A stretch of DNA of 60,569 bases, the filler included. It is 4 parts of 4 records of this genome, joined end to end, with 100 filler letters (N's around TTAATTAATTAA, not from the genome) between each part and the next. Parts side by side here need not be neighbours in the genome. Positions count along the whole stretch, not along the records: positions 1 to 27,658 come from DRR723986_4725; 3 more parts are not named here. One strand, 5' to 3'. How positions within the stretch are numbered: the stretch's first letter is position 1; every line of letters begins with the position of its first letter. A program made the position numbers and the translations under genes. The notes beneath the pieces were generated by a model. That model did no database searches and was not told the origin of the DNA. It saw only the letters and a list, made by a program, of their open reading frames with translations. Positions 1 through 8,999 of this stretch are shown here, one piece after another.

Positions 1-1
1 G

Positions 2-487
2 ATGATCGTGCCGCTGATCATCTCGGCGGCAGGCATGTACTTCTTCTATTCGCGCATCGGCCTGCAGGGCACCTATTGGGGTGTTGTTCTGGCCCATGCC
101 GCGCTTGGAACGCCCTTCGTCATCATCACGGTGACGGCGACACTGGTCGGTTTCGACCGCAGTCTCGTGCGGGCGTCGGCCAGCCTGGGCGCCAACCCGG
201 TCACCACCTTCTTCAAGGTGCAGATGCCCCTGATCATTCCAGGTGTCGTCTCCGGAGCGCTGTTTGCCTTCATCACCTCCTTCGATGAAGTGGTGGTGGT
301 GCTGTTCCTGGGATCCGCCGGGCAGAAGACGTTGCCCTGGCAGATGTTCACCGGCCTTCGCGAACAGATCTCGCCGACCATTCTGGCGGTGGCATCCCTG
401 ATGGTGGCCATTTCCATCTGCCTGTTGACCGTACTGGAGCTGCTGCGCCGCAGGTCCGAACGCCTGAGAGGTCTGTCCCCGGGCTGA
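2..487 (+). CDS. ABC transporter permease, PotC/polyamine-opine type (5' truncated at window edge)
   Basis: Hydrophobic; EAA-like loop 'RASASLGANPVTTFFKV', 'FITSFDEVVV' and 'TLPWQMF' typical of PotC-like permeases. Confidence 0.85.
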   Translation: MIVPLIISAAGMYFFYSRIGLQGTYWGVVLAHAALGTPFVIITVTATLVGFDRSLVRASASLGANPVTTFFKVQMPLIIPGVVSGALFAFITSFDEVVVVLFLGSAGQKTLPWQMFTGLREQISPTILAVASLMVAISICLLTVLELLRRRSERLRGLSPG

Positions 488-493
488 TCCCGG

Positions 494-522
494 GCGGGCG
501 CGAGGAGCGCCCCGCTGCTTTC
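494..522 (+). terminator. Possible terminator hairpin after the permease
   Basis: GGGCGC-GAGGA-GCGCCC stem followed by TGCTTT; imperfect. Confidence 0.35.
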
Positions 523-604
523 AAGGTGAGCCGGTGGCGGAACGCCAGTCACCGGGTGGAGACAGGGTCTCCCGGTAGCAAGACATTTTGAATTTGGGCC
601 TGGC

Positions 605-638
605 GGGCCGGCTTCTTCGCGGAAGCCGGCCCGTTTTG
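605..638 (+). terminator. Rho-independent terminator-like hairpin in the leader upstream of creatinase
   Basis: CGGGCCGGCTTC-TTCGCG-GAAGCCGGCCCG (12-bp stem) followed by TTTT, about 50 nt before the creatinase ATG. Confidence 0.7.
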
Positions 639-688
639 CGTTTCAGGTCCCTGGAAACCGAAGCTCGAACGAACGGAAGGAGCCTTCA

Positions 689-1918
689 ATGAGCAACGAC
701 ATGATCCGCATTTATGAAATGAACAACGGTGAGAAGGCGTTTTCGCCCTTCTCGGCTGCCGAAATGGACAGCCGTCAGGCAAAGCTCCGCAAGCTGATGG
801 CGGACCGGCAGATCGATGCCGCCCTGTTCACCTCCTATCACAACATCTGCTACTACTCCGGCTTCCTCTATTGTTACTTTGGCCGCAAATACGGCTTCCT
901 GGTCACACAGGACAAGGCAACCACGATTGCGGCTGGTATTGACGGTGGTCAGCCTTGGCGCAGGACCCACGGCGACACCGTGATCTACACCGACTGGCGT
1001 CGGGACAATTACTTCCACGCCATCCAGTCGCTGCTTGGGATGCCCAATCCTGGGGTCAAGCGCATCGGCATCGAGTTCGACCACGTCTCCCTCGACATGC
1101 TGAAGCTTCTGGAAGCCGCGCTTCCGGGCGTGGAGCTGGTCGACATTGCCGCCGACGCAATGGCGCAGCGTACGATCAAGAGCGCAGAGGAGCACGTGCT
1201 GATCCGCGAAGGCACGCGCATCTGCGATGTCGGCGGCGCGGCTCTGGTGGAGGCGGTTCAGGCCGGCGTTCCGGAACACGAAGTCGCCATGGCCTCGACC
1301 AATGCCATGATCCGGGAAATCGCGAAGTCCTTCCCGTTCGTTGAGCTGATGGACACCTGGACCTGGTTCCAGTCCGGCATCAACACCGATGGAGCGCACA
1401 ACCCGGTCACCAACAAGAAGGTGGAAGCCGGCGATATCCTCAGCCTCAACTGTTTTCCGATGATCTTCGGCTATTACACGGCGCTGGAGAGGACCCTGTT
1501 CTGCGAATATGCCTCCGACGAGCACCTGCGGCTTTGGGAGATCAACTGCCATGTCCACCGCGAGGGACTGAAGCTGATCAAGCCGGGTGCGCGGTGCTGC
1601 GATATCGCAAGCGAGCTGAATGACATCTACCGTAGCCACGATCTCCTGAAGTACCGCAGCTTCGGCTATGGCCATTCCTTCGGTGTGCTCAGCCACTACT
1701 ACGGCCGTGAAGCTTCAGTGGAGTTGCGTGAGGATGTCGACACGGTGCTTCAACCGGGCATGGTCGTCTCCATGGAGCCGATGATCATGATCCCGGAAGG
1801 CGAAGCCGGAGCAGGCGGTTACCGGGAACACGACATCCTGATCGTTTCGGAAACCGGGGCTGAGAACATTACCGGTTTCCCGTTTGGACCGGAGCACAAC
1901 ATCCTGCCGAAACGATAA
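689..1918 (+). CDS. Creatinase (creatine amidinohydrolase, M24 fold)
   Basis: Creatinase-specific motifs 'WTWFQSGINTDGAHNPVT', 'YYTALERTLF', 'FGYGHSFGVLSHYYGRE', 'GAGGYREHDIL'; AAGGAG RBS. Confidence 0.93.
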   Translation: MSNDMIRIYEMNNGEKAFSPFSAAEMDSRQAKLRKLMADRQIDAALFTSYHNICYYSGFLYCYFGRKYGFLVTQDKATTIAAGIDGGQPWRRTHGDTVIYTDWRRDNYFHAIQSLLGMPNPGVKRIGIEFDHVSLDMLKLLEAALPGVELVDIAADAMAQRTIKSAEEHVLIREGTRICDVGGAALVEAVQAGVPEHEVAMASTNAMIREIAKSFPFVELMDTWTWFQSGINTDGAHNPVTNKKVEAGDILSLNCFPMIFGYYTALERTLFCEYASDEHLRLWEINCHVHREGLKLIKPGARCCDIASELNDIYRSHDLLKYRSFGYGHSFGVLSHYYGREASVELREDVDTVLQPGMVVSMEPMIMIPEGEAGAGGYREHDILIVSETGAENITGFPFGPEHNILPKR

Positions 1919-1947
1919 GGCGGCAAACTTTCCGGTGTTGGGAAGAA

Positions 1948-1983
1948 CACTGGCAGCAAGGTGCGGGCATCTTGCCGCCAGTG
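1948..1983. repeat. Imperfect inverted repeat/hairpin downstream of creatinase
   Basis: CACTGGCAGCAAGGTGC-GG-GCATCTTGCCGCCAGTG; no U-tract. Confidence 0.5.
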
Positions 1984-2116
1984 ACGGTCTCGAAAGGAAC
2001 CCGTCGCAATGCAGCAAATGCTCCGGGGCGATCGCAGGACCCTTCAACAAACATCTTGGGTTACCCGGCAAGGCGTGATTTAACCGGGCTATCTTCGAGC
2101 GCCTGCGGAGGGCTGA

Positions 2117-2536
2117 ATGACCTCATCCGACACCATGAAACCTGCTCTGGCCAGCCTGGCCCGGACCTGTGAAGCGATCGCCAACGGGCGCTTCGACGAG
2201 GTCGAGGAGCTTTATCAGGTGATCACGGACGAGGGTGTCGAAGCCGATATCCGCGCTTTGGCGGAAACCTTTTCAGGCATGGTCGTGCAGGTAGAGGCAC
2301 GCGAATTCCATTCCAGCCAGCTCATTGCGGAACTGACGGAAACCAAGCGCCAGCTGGAAGCGGCCGAAGCGAAGCTGCGCAAGGAAAATGCCGAGCTGAA
2401 AACCCGGCTGGACAAGTTCGAAGTCACCTACGACAAGGAACAGGCGCAGGCTGAAATCGAACAGGTGAGCGATTCCGACTATTTCCGTTCCCTGCAGTCC
2501 CGTGCCAAGGATCTTCGATCCCGGTACAAGTCCTGA
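2117..2536 (+). CDS. Small stand-alone HAMP-like/coiled-coil protein with a C-terminal 'SDYF..LQ..AKDLR' tail
   Basis: GGAGG RBS; 'LARTCEAIANGRF...IRALAETFSGMVVQVEARE' resembles a HAMP linker; heptad coiled coil follows. Confidence 0.7.
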   Translation: MTSSDTMKPALASLARTCEAIANGRFDEVEELYQVITDEGVEADIRALAETFSGMVVQVEAREFHSSQLIAELTETKRQLEAAEAKLRKENAELKTRLDKFEVTYDKEQAQAEIEQVSDSDYFRSLQSRAKDLRSRYKS

Positions 2537-2565
2537 ACTTTCAAAACATCCTTCGAGATTGATCC

Positions 2566-3339
2566 GTGACCAAAATCATTTCCACTCATTCCTATCGCGG
2601 CGGCACGGGCAAATCCAACGTCACGGCCAACCTGGCCGCGGTGCTTGCCCTGCGTGGTCACAGGGTCGGCATTGTCGATACGGATATCCAGTCCCCAGGC
2701 ATCCACACCCTCTTCAAGGTCGATCTCAACACGGTCAACAACACGCTGAACAACTACCTGTGGGGGCATTGTTCGGTGACTGATACGGCGGTCGATGTCA
2801 CGGAAAACGTGGTCGATGGCGACGGCAACCCAACGGTGCCGGACGGTGGCAAGGTCTTTCTGGTGCCTTCATCGATCAAGACCGGTGAGATCGCACGGAT
2901 CCTGAAGGAAAAATATGATGTCGAGGATCTGAACCGGGGTTTTGTGGACCTCTGCCGGGGCCTGGAACTCGATTATCTGCTGATCGATACCCACCCGGGT
3001 GTCAACGAGGAAACACTGCTTTCCATCGCTATCTCCGACGCGCTGCTTTTGATCCTTCGTCCTGACATCCAGGACTATCAGGGCACCGCAGTCACATTGG
3101 AACTGGCGCGCAAGCTTGAGGTGCCGCAGCTGTTTCTGGTGGTCAACAAGGCTCTGGAAACCTTCGATTTCAACGAGTTGGCACAGCGCATCTTTTCCAA
3201 CTACCGCACGCCGGTGGCAGCTGTCCTGCCGCTGTCGACGGATCTCATCCAGATCGGCAGCACAGGCCTGATCAGCACCCAGCAGCCGGACCACGGATTC
3301 ACGCGGGCAATCGAGACGATCGTCGATTCCATCGAGTGA
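2566..3339 (+). CDS. MinD/ParA-family ATPase (deviant Walker A with Arg signature)
   Basis: 'HSYRGGTGKS', 'VDTDIQSPG', 'LLIDTHPG', 'LVVNK'; GTG start. Confidence 0.9.
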   Translation: MTKIISTHSYRGGTGKSNVTANLAAVLALRGHRVGIVDTDIQSPGIHTLFKVDLNTVNNTLNNYLWGHCSVTDTAVDVTENVVDGDGNPTVPDGGKVFLVPSSIKTGEIARILKEKYDVEDLNRGFVDLCRGLELDYLLIDTHPGVNEETLLSIAISDALLLILRPDIQDYQGTAVTLELARKLEVPQLFLVVNKALETFDFNELAQRIFSNYRTPVAAVLPLSTDLIQIGSTGLISTQQPDHGFTRAIETIVDSIE

Positions 3340-3375
3340 TTCCAGTTGCAGGCCAGGTTGCCGGGTGGTCTCGGC

Positions 3376-4842
3376 TCAGTCCTGCATTTCAAACAGGCCC
3401 TTCAGAAAACTGTCGACGTCTCCAAGGCGTTTGTTGCGGTCGAACTCGAGCGCCTGGCGCAAGGTGTTCCAGGCTTGCGGGGAGAGCCCCTCGACAGGCG
3501 CCAGCACGAGACCTTCCCGCGCGACCTCGTCTATCGGCCGGAACTGGAACGGATGGCCGCCGGTCAGGATCTGGTACGTGATGCAGCCAAGCGCAAAGAC
3601 ATCGTCGCGGGGGTCACGGTCCGCGCGCCGGAATTGCTCGGGGCTTGCGTAGGCCGAGGTCAGGCTATCCCGGATCGGATGGTCCGCACTGGCGGTTGCC
3701 GCTGCCGCCAAGCCGAAATCAAGGAGCTTGATCGTGCCATCCGTCAGCAGAAAGATGTTGCCGGGCTTCAGATCGGAATGAACGACGCCCCGGCTGTGCG
3801 CATGGGACAGACCTGCACAGGTGCCGCGCAGGACCCGGGCGCATTCGCCCAGAGGCAGGGGTTTGCCAAGGGCCCGCCCGATCCGGCGGTCCAGTCCCAC
3901 GCCGTTGAGTTGCTCCATGACGATAAACACATCGGCCTTGTCGCGATCGAAGTCGTAGACGGTGGTGATATTCGGATGTGCAAGTGCCTGAGACTTGCGT
4001 GCCTCGGCCTCCAGAAGCCGCACGGCTTCGGTGTCGTTGCGATAGCTCTCGTTCAGAAGCTTGATGGCGACATAAGGCTGGTCGTGAGCTGCCTCCAGGC
4101 GCCGGCGATCAACGGCTGAATAAACGTGCCCCATGCCGCCGCTCCCGATCTCGGTGTCCAGAATGAACCGGTCACGCAAAATGGAGCCGACACCGGCGCG
4201 TTTCACCTGGGGTGTCGCCAGCTTGTTGACGTCGAGACTGTCTCTTTGTCCGCCGCCGGAAACGCGGCGCGCGTCGGAACGAAACCGGGCACTTTTGAAT
4301 TCGGTCAGATATTTGTCCAGTTTGCCGCTGTCGGCTGGAGGTGGTGTTTCTTCGGCGGCATTCGCGCGTCGACTGCGAAAGCCGGCGTAGCCCGCAACGA
4401 GTGAGGTCAAAATGGCCTCGTCCATCTTGCCCCGTGTTTCGTCATTTGCTGTCTCGCCACCCGTTGCCCCGGCTGGCTCGTTCAACAATGGCAATGGCGG
4501 CAGGTTTGCAGGAGGCGTTGCTGCCTGCTCAGGTGCGGGAGCCGATACGGGTTCCTGCTGTGTGCCGTGAACAGCATGTGGACGTGGCGGATTGTCTTTC
4601 ACGTCGTAACCGGAAGGTTTGGCATCGCCCACCGGCAACTGGTTCTGCAGTCTCTGGCCGAGCTCGTTCGGAAGGTGGCCCGCTTCGACAAAATCCCGGA
4701 TTGCCTGCCGCGTTTCATCAAGGGCGTTCGCTGATTGCTGTGCACCGGTCCGCAGCTGCTTCGACAAGGCGTCATAAGACAGCTTGCCGGACACGAAGGC
4801 GGTTATCAGCGTGCGCGTGGCGGAGGTCATGTCTGACGTCAA
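3376..4842 (-). CDS. Hanks-type Ser/Thr protein kinase, cytoplasmic, kinase domain C-terminal (PpkA-like)
   Basis: GSGGMG, VAIK, HSDLKPGN, DFG, YASPE; Pro/Ala-rich linker; no transmembrane segment seen. Confidence 0.9.
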   Translation of the reverse strand: MTSDMTSATRTLITAFVSGKLSYDALSKQLRTGAQQSANALDETRQAIRDFVEAGHLPNELGQRLQNQLPVGDAKPSGYDVKDNPPRPHAVHGTQQEPVSAPAPEQAATPPANLPPLPLLNEPAGATGGETANDETRGKMDEAILTSLVAGYAGFRSRRANAAEETPPPADSGKLDKYLTEFKSARFRSDARRVSGGGQRDSLDVNKLATPQVKRAGVGSILRDRFILDTEIGSGGMGHVYSAVDRRRLEAAHDQPYVAIKLLNESYRNDTEAVRLLEAEARKSQALAHPNITTVYDFDRDKADVFIVMEQLNGVGLDRRIGRALGKPLPLGECARVLRGTCAGLSHAHSRGVVHSDLKPGNIFLLTDGTIKLLDFGLAAAATASADHPIRDSLTSAYASPEQFRRADRDPRDDVFALGCITYQILTGGHPFQFRPIDEVAREGLVLAPVEGLSPQAWNTLRQALEFDRNKRLGDVDSFLKGLFEMQD

Positions 4843-5312
4843 ATCTGCAGGATCCCTGGCGACAATTCGGCCCGAAGCTTCTCTTGGCCCCGGAACAGGA
4901 GCAGCGGAAGCCGTTGGGGCGACAAAGGTAGAGCTGGGAAAACGCGTGGGGTATGGTTTGCCAGCCGACGCTCAGTATGCGCGCTGCAGTCGTTTTGTTC
5001 CAGCTGGCTTCGCGCATTTTTGCTTGGATGACCTGGGCGTTGATCGGATCGTCGAACGATCCGGGGGCAATTTTTGAAACGCCCATCCACCCCTGATAGA
5101 TTACCCTTACGGCAGGTGATTTATTGGCGAGGGATGAAAGAGGAATTGACTGCGCGCAACCTAGAAATCGGCTCTGCTACACCCTGACCCGCTGCAACGG
5201 TGCGTTGGCACCAGGGGTATGAAACCGACGGCAATATCTTGATCGCGCAAGTCACATTCGCCTTCATGTCAATTTGAGTGAAACTTACAATCATCAATAG
5301 GGGTTGATCGAA

Positions 5313-7076
5313 ATGACCGGGGAAGACGACATCAAAGGCGGGATCGCCAGCTTCTCGATTGGCCTCGGAAACAAGGGTCACGGTGCAGTCCCGATCAAGC
5401 CGGCACCGCCTTTCAGGGTGCTGATCGCAGGAGACTTCGGCCTTGCGGCAACCGGCGTGGCTTTCAACATCACCGGCCAGGACGTCGAGGAAATCCTGGA
5501 ACAGAAAACACCATCCTTTTCCGTCTCGGCGGCCAATATGCTCGGTTCGCATCCACCCGAGCTGGAAGAACAGGTTTCCTTCGCGCGCCTGAAAGATCTG
5601 GCTCCGACAAAACTGCTGCGCGGATTTCGCTTTGTGCGGGATCTTGAGGCGGCTTCCGGTGACCAGGAACAGCTTGCCGTTCATGACCAGCGTTACGACA
5701 AGATCGGCAAGTCGGCACTGGATGAGCAGAAGTCATTGCTGGAAAGACTGCTGAAAGACGACGAATTGCCGACTTCAGAGCAAGGCAAGCGTAAGGAAAA
5801 CGATGCCTCGAGCAGCAGCAAGGGAACCGAGGGGCTCGACGCCCTCCTGTCGATGATCCGCACTCCGGAGGAAAATGCTGCTCCCGGCGAAAGCGGCAGT
5901 GCCGCGAAAACCGCCGTGGATGCCTTCATTCAAAAGACCCTCCAGGAAACGGGCCAGGTTTCAAGTGCACCCGTCGAGGGGAAAAAGAAGGATGCGCCAG
6001 CCGATACGCTGCAGCTGGAACAGGCGCGTCTCTTCTTCGAAAGCCCGAAACTGAGCAAGGTGCTGCTGAACTGGCATGGATTGAACCTGCTCCTGAGTGA
6101 AGTTCCGTTCGACCTGCCGCTGGAACTTCATCTCCTGCAGCTCGATCACGATCTTGATGCCGTCGACCTGCAGGAGGTTCTGGGCGAAACCGGCGAGGCC
6201 CTGCAGGCAGAACTCTACGATATCGCCCTGTTTGCGAACGAAATCGGCCTGGGCCCACGCGACACGGAACGGCTGAAGGTGCTTGCGCGGGAATGCGCCG
6301 AAAGTGACACGGTCGGGCTTGCCGCGCTTGCCGGGCACTTTGCCGGAGTACCGGGTGAGGAAGTTGCCGACATCGAAACGCCACACCAGTTGCTCGACAA
6401 GCCGGGCTTCGAAGGTTTTGCAGGCTTGAGGGCCGGCGATGCCGCCTCTCACCTGGCACTGTTCTGGAACGATGCCCGGTTGACCGCCGAAGAGGACGGC
6501 GCGCCGGCGCTGTTTGTGTCGGGTGCTTTTGTCGCCCTTTCCGAAATACTGGTCCAGCTTGAAACTGAAGTGTTTCCGCGGCTCCCAGTCGGCATGCCGA
6601 AGGATTACGATGCGCTGGAGCTTGTCGAAAGCCGGTCGATGGGCGTTGAAGTTGCCATGGCAACACGGTTTGCCGTCGGTTCGGACACGGCACTGTCGCT
6701 CGCACTTGCCGGCATCAACGTGCTGGAGGGCGTCGCCAACAGAACCAGCCTCGTATTCCGTCGGGCCGTGACGGTCCAGCCCGGCGAGGACGGTCGGGGG
6801 GCACTGGATCAGGCCCTTCTGGTGTCCCGCCTGTTTTCCCTGTTCCAGGAAGCTCTCGGCGAGGCGGTGTTTGCAGGGCAGGATGCTGACGAGCGCGAGG
6901 CTGCCGTTGCAACGAGCCTGGAAGTCCTGAGCAGATCCCTCTCAGACAAGGTCACTTTCGAAGTGGAACGACTGGCGGTGGAAGATCAGGATCTGATTGG
7001 CGTAACGGCAGTCGTGCAGGATGGTTGGGCCTCGGGCCAGCAGCATTCCTTCTATCTGCCGGCTTCCGGCGGCTGA
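5313..7076 (+). CDS. Fused, divergent T6SS sheath-like protein (TssB-like N-terminus + TssC-like region)
   Basis: 'PFRVLIAGDFG...DVEEILEQKTPSFSVSAANML...VSFARLKDLAP' resembles TssB/VipA; 'EQARLFFESPKLSKVLLNWHGLNLLL' resembles the TssC/VipB '...HHPxFQxLExAWRGL' motif; ATG 5313 chosen over TTG 5304. Confidence 0.65.
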   Translation: MTGEDDIKGGIASFSIGLGNKGHGAVPIKPAPPFRVLIAGDFGLAATGVAFNITGQDVEEILEQKTPSFSVSAANMLGSHPPELEEQVSFARLKDLAPTKLLRGFRFVRDLEAASGDQEQLAVHDQRYDKIGKSALDEQKSLLERLLKDDELPTSEQGKRKENDASSSSKGTEGLDALLSMIRTPEENAAPGESGSAAKTAVDAFIQKTLQETGQVSSAPVEGKKKDAPADTLQLEQARLFFESPKLSKVLLNWHGLNLLLSEVPFDLPLELHLLQLDHDLDAVDLQEVLGETGEALQAELYDIALFANEIGLGPRDTERLKVLARECAESDTVGLAALAGHFAGVPGEEVADIETPHQLLDKPGFEGFAGLRAGDAASHLALFWNDARLTAEEDGAPALFVSGAFVALSEILVQLETEVFPRLPVGMPKDYDALELVESRSMGVEVAMATRFAVGSDTALSLALAGINVLEGVANRTSLVFRRAVTVQPGEDGRGALDQALLVSRLFSLFQEALGEAVFAGQDADEREAAVATSLEVLSRSLSDKVTFEVERLAVEDQDLIGVTAVVQDGWASGQQHSFYLPASGG

Positions 7077-7777
7077 GCATCTGTATCCGTCCAAACGGTT
7101 ATCACCGTGATGTCGTCCGAGGATCCGCCGGCCACAGCGCGCGAAACAAGCCGGTCAGCAAGACCGGAGGTTCCCTCGGTGGCCATCCTGGCCAGCGTGG
7201 TTTCGTCCATGCCTTTCAACAGTCCGTCGGTGCAAAGTACAAAAACATCGTCGGGCATCATCTCCAGCGTTCGGCGGTCAAGCTGAAGCGTGTTGTGGAT
7301 GCCGACAGCGGCGGTCAGCCGTCCGGCTTTGTCGGCATGGTCCTCCGAGATGAGGAACAGTTGCTGCTGGCGCAAAAGGTAAAGACGCGAATCTCCGGCC
7401 CAGGTGCAGCTGGCTTGTGTCCCGCTGATGATCAGGCTGAGACTTGTCGTGCCTGAAATGTCTTGTTCGGGGAGAGCGAGAAAACCGGCGTAAAGACCGT
7501 GATTGACGTGGTTGAGCTTGGCTTCCAGGGCAATCTGCCGGGCTTCGTGGCTGCTCGGCGGCATGTTGGTCAGTTGCGAGATTGCGTGAACCGTCGCACG
7601 GCTGGCGACGTCACCCTCTCTGTGACCACCCATGCCATCGGCAATCGTGAAGAGCCCATGCGACGGGGCCGCAAAGTGGCTGTCCTGGTTGACCTTGTGT
7701 CGGCGTCCGCGCCGGGTCGCTGCTTCGGATCGCAGCAACGCAACAGCGGCAGAAGTGTCGACCGTATTCAAACGCAC
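7052..7777 (-). CDS. PP2C/PPM Ser/Thr phosphatase (PppA/Stp1-like)
   Basis: 'NQDS', 'IADGMGGH', 'AGDSRLY', 'LCTDGL', 'SDDIT'. Confidence 0.92.
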   Translation of the reverse strand: MRLNTVDTSAAVALLRSEAATRRGRRHKVNQDSHFAAPSHGLFTIADGMGGHREGDVASRATVHAISQLTNMPPSSHEARQIALEAKLNHVNHGLYAGFLALPEQDISGTTSLSLIISGTQASCTWAGDSRLYLLRQQQLFLISEDHADKAGRLTAAVGIHNTLQLDRRTLEMMPDDVFVLCTDGLLKGMDETTLARMATEGTSGLADRLVSRAVAGGSSDDITVITVWTDTDAQPPEAGR

Positions 7778-8137
7778 GTTCTCCCGAGTAAGGGCCGCAG
7801 GACCAGTCCGGGTTCGATCTTAACGCGCAGTCATTCTCCGGAAAAGAAGTCTCCGGTTTCCAGCCAGGCGCCGGTCATGCTCCTCTGGATGAGGTGACCC
7901 GTCGCAGGGCCCCGATAGCTGTCCTCGGCAAGCAGACCGAACGCGAGCCGGATCGAGACCGGCTGGGAAGCACGCAGAAATTTGCTTATCCCTGGTCTCG
8001 TAGCCTTTCGCGTGATGCGCCTTTATAAAATGTACAAGTTTCACGCCGAAATTGCGTGGCAGATGCTTTCATCGGTTGAAACCGGAGGCTGTCGGCTTTT
8101 TGCAGTCCGGGCACCGATGCAGATTTGGGAAATGGCA

Positions 8138-8494
8138 ATGACCGCAGACGTCGCAGAAATCACCATCGGCCACGAGACGGACGGCGACCTGATCGTTGTT
8201 CGTCCTGTCGGCAAGCTGGACACGCTCAGCGCAAAAACCTTCGAAACCTACCTGAAGAACCTGATCTCGGAAAAGCCGGCAACCTTGCTGATCGACATGG
8301 AGCAAGTGGACTACGTCACCAGTTTCGGGCTGAGATCACTGTTGATCGTTGCCAAGCTTCTGGCTCCTTCCGGAGACAAGCTGGTGCTGTTCCAGGTGAA
8401 CCAGTCGGTGGTCGACGTCCTCAAGATCTCCGGCTTTCTGAAGATCATGCAGGTGGCGGAAAGCCGGGAAGATGCAAAGGCGCTGGCGGGTTGA
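8138..8494 (+). CDS. STAS anti-sigma-factor antagonist (RsbV/SpoIIAA-like)
   Basis: 'GKLDTLSA', 'IDMEQVDYVTSFGLRSLL' with phosphoacceptor Ser, 'DVLKISGF'; start trimmed to ATG 8138. Confidence 0.9.
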   Translation: MTADVAEITIGHETDGDLIVVRPVGKLDTLSAKTFETYLKNLISEKPATLLIDMEQVDYVTSFGLRSLLIVAKLLAPSGDKLVLFQVNQSVVDVLKISGFLKIMQVAESREDAKALAG

Positions 8495-8546
8495 ACGAAG
8501 CTCACACCCGGCAGCTTGAATTGAACAACGTCCGGCAGGGAACGGG

Positions 8547-8972
8547 ATGGTGGATCTCGAGACGGTGACAGTTCGAAACGACCTGGAGGACCTGCCGGCG
8601 GTCTATACCGTGCTGGAGCGGTTCTGCACAGGAGCGGGCCTGTCAGACGCGGTCCGCCGTACCCTGTGCCTGGTCGTTGAAGAGCTGTTCGCCAATACCG
8701 TTGCCTACGGCTATCCGGATGGCGGCAAGGACCAGATCGCGGTCACGGCGGCGCTTGGGCCGACACACGTCAAGCTCGTTCTGTCCGACAGGGCGAGACC
8801 ATTCGACAACAGCGGCATGCCGTCCGGTCCACCGGAAGCGGACACAGTCGAGGACATGGGCATTGGCGGTTTGGGCCTTTATCTGGTGCACCAGCTGGCC
8901 GATGACGTTGCGACCCAACGGATTGGAAACGTCAACCACACCACGGTTCTGGTGCCTCGCGCCAAGGATTGA
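8547..8972 (+). CDS. RsbW/SpoIIAB-like anti-sigma factor Ser kinase (HATPase_c)
   Basis: N-box 'VEELFANTVAYGY', 'SDRARPFD', G-box 'GGLGLYLV'. Confidence 0.9.
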   Translation: MVDLETVTVRNDLEDLPAVYTVLERFCTGAGLSDAVRRTLCLVVEELFANTVAYGYPDGGKDQIAVTAALGPTHVKLVLSDRARPFDNSGMPSGPPEADTVEDMGIGGLGLYLVHQLADDVATQRIGNVNHTTVLVPRAKD

Positions 8973-8999
8973 CGGGCACCTTGCTGCAAGGTGCTTCCC

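Noticed and set aside
2566-3339. Cell-division MinD or chromosome-partition ParA
   Set aside because: No minC/minE/parB, Arg-type Walker A and no evident membrane-targeting helix; treated as an orphan family member.
5205-5222. Possible sigma-54 promoter (TTGGCAC) upstream of the sheath-like gene
   Set aside because: The -12 TTGC element is missing at the required spacing (reads GTAT).
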